A stretch of 6,751 nt of DNA from a virus (Duplodnaviria; Heunggongvirae; Uroviricota; Caudoviricetes). Each line of letters starts with the position of its first letter. Position 1 is the stretch's first letter. The notes beneath the pieces were generated by a model that searched no databases, was not told the origin of the DNA, and saw nothing but the letters and a program-made list of their open reading frames with translations. The translations under genes and the position numbers were made by a program. Positions 6,027 through 6,751 of the stretch are shown here, in pieces. The stretch is from IMG/VR virus record IMGVR_UViG_2740892230_000023, one strand, 5' to 3'.

Positions 6027-6416
6027 ATGAAGCTGATCCTGCCTTTCCCGCCCAGCGTGAACACCTACTGGCGACACCCCAACAAAGGGGCATTTGCTGG
6101 TAAGAGCCTGATAAGCGCGGCGGGGCGAAAATTTCAGAGCGCGGCGTGCGCAGCAATAGTTGAGCAGTTACGTCGTCTGCCAAAACCAACGTCGGCACCT
6201 GCTTCAGTGGAGATCGTGTTGTTTCCTCCGGATAACCGGATCCGCGATCTGGACAACTATAACAAGGCGCTGTTTGACGCCCTGACCCACGCGGGTGTGT
6301 GGGAAGACGACAGTCAGGTGAAAAGAATGCTGGTGGAGTGGGGACCGGTTATCCCGAAAGGGAAGGTCGAGATCACTATCAGTAAGTATGAGAAACCGGC
6401 GGGTGCAGCCGCCTGA
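6027..6416 (+). CDS. rusA: RusA Holliday-junction resolvase (crossover junction endodeoxyribonuclease)
   Basis: 129 aa; shares LPxPPSxNxYxRH, RDLDNxxKAxFDALTxAGxWxDDxQV and C-terminal motifs with E. coli RusA. Confidence 0.9.
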   Translation: MKLILPFPPSVNTYWRHPNKGAFAGKSLISAAGRKFQSAACAAIVEQLRRLPKPTSAPASVEIVLFPPDNRIRDLDNYNKALFDALTHAGVWEDDSQVKRMLVEWGPVIPKGKVEITISKYEKPAGAAA

Positions 6417-6435
6417 TTAAGAGGAGAAACGAAGT

Positions 6436-6751
6436 ATGAATAATCTGATGGTTATTGATGGTATTGAAGTTCGTCGTGATGCTTATGGGCGTTACAGCCT
6501 GAACGATCTGCATCGGGCTGCTGTTGCATCTGGTGCAAATGCCAGAACTAAGGAGCCGGGAAAGTTTCTTTCCAGCCAACAGATTACTGAGCTGGTTCAG
6601 GAATTGATCGATACCCAAAATTTGGGTGTCGGTTCATTCAATGAAACTACCCAAAATTTGGGTAGTAAACCAGTAAGTAAAATAGAAGGGCGGAATGGAG
6701 GAACGTATGTCTGCAAGGAACTGGTGTATGCCTATGCAATGTGGATCAGCC
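6436..6751 (+). CDS. KilA-N domain protein (antirepressor/Roi-like), 3'-truncated by the window end
   Basis: ATG 6436 with AGAGGAG about 10 nt upstream. MNNLMVIDGIEVRRDAYGRYSLNDLHRAA...GGTYVCKELVYAYAMWIS has the characteristic KilA-N motif. Absent from the ORF track because no stop falls inside the window. Confidence 0.7.
   Translation, partial: MNNLMVIDGIEVRRDAYGRYSLNDLHRAAVASGANARTKEPGKFLSSQQITELVQELIDTQNLGVGSFNETTQNLGSKPVSKIEGRNGGTYVCKELVYAYAMWIS

Noticed and set aside
5400-6618. ORFs 5400-5711(-), 5573-5770(-), 5581-5832(+), 5767-6000(-), 5864-6064(-), 6004-6198(-), 6379-6618(-)
   Set aside because: Antisense or alternative frames over the LexA-like, rusA and KilA-N genes; several cross N runs; none has an RBS or recognisable domain.
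1-6751. CRISPR array, tRNA, integrase or transposase
   Set aside because: No spacer-separated direct repeats, no convincing tRNA cloverleaf (the GGTTCGA at 30-37 and 230-237 is inside coding sequence), and no integrase or transposase-like translation in any frame.

Overview
This window is the immunity and early-right (replication / nin) region of a lambdoid enterobacterial prophage. It is laid out as a scaffold: eight runs of exactly 10 N separate pieces, and several pieces are near-identical alleles of their neighbours (SNP-level differences), so distances across gaps are not real. On the minus strand there is a CI-type repressor with an S24 (LexA-like) autopeptidase domain (1185-1859), followed by an intrinsic terminator and a strong leftward pL-like promoter, a long structured leader, and the 5' end of a leftward early gene (start at 360). 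On the plus strand, from a divergent operator/promoter region (1860-1949): a Cro/YdaS-like regulator, a CII/YdaT-like protein, one or two small overlapping ORFs, an O-like replication initiator with an iteron-type origin inside the gene and a DnaT-like C-terminal tail, a PerC-like regulator with an N-terminal extension, a Dam-family N6-adenine methyltransferase, a LexA DNA-binding-domain-only protein, RusA, and the start of a KilA-N domain protein. No rRNA, tRNA, CRISPR array or transposase was seen. The most interesting items are the LexA-DBD-only cassette (present in one allele, absent in another), the initiator-DnaT fusion with no helicase-loader gene, and the structured leader downstream of pL. 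All family assignments are from reading the translations and recalled family motifs; no database search was run.
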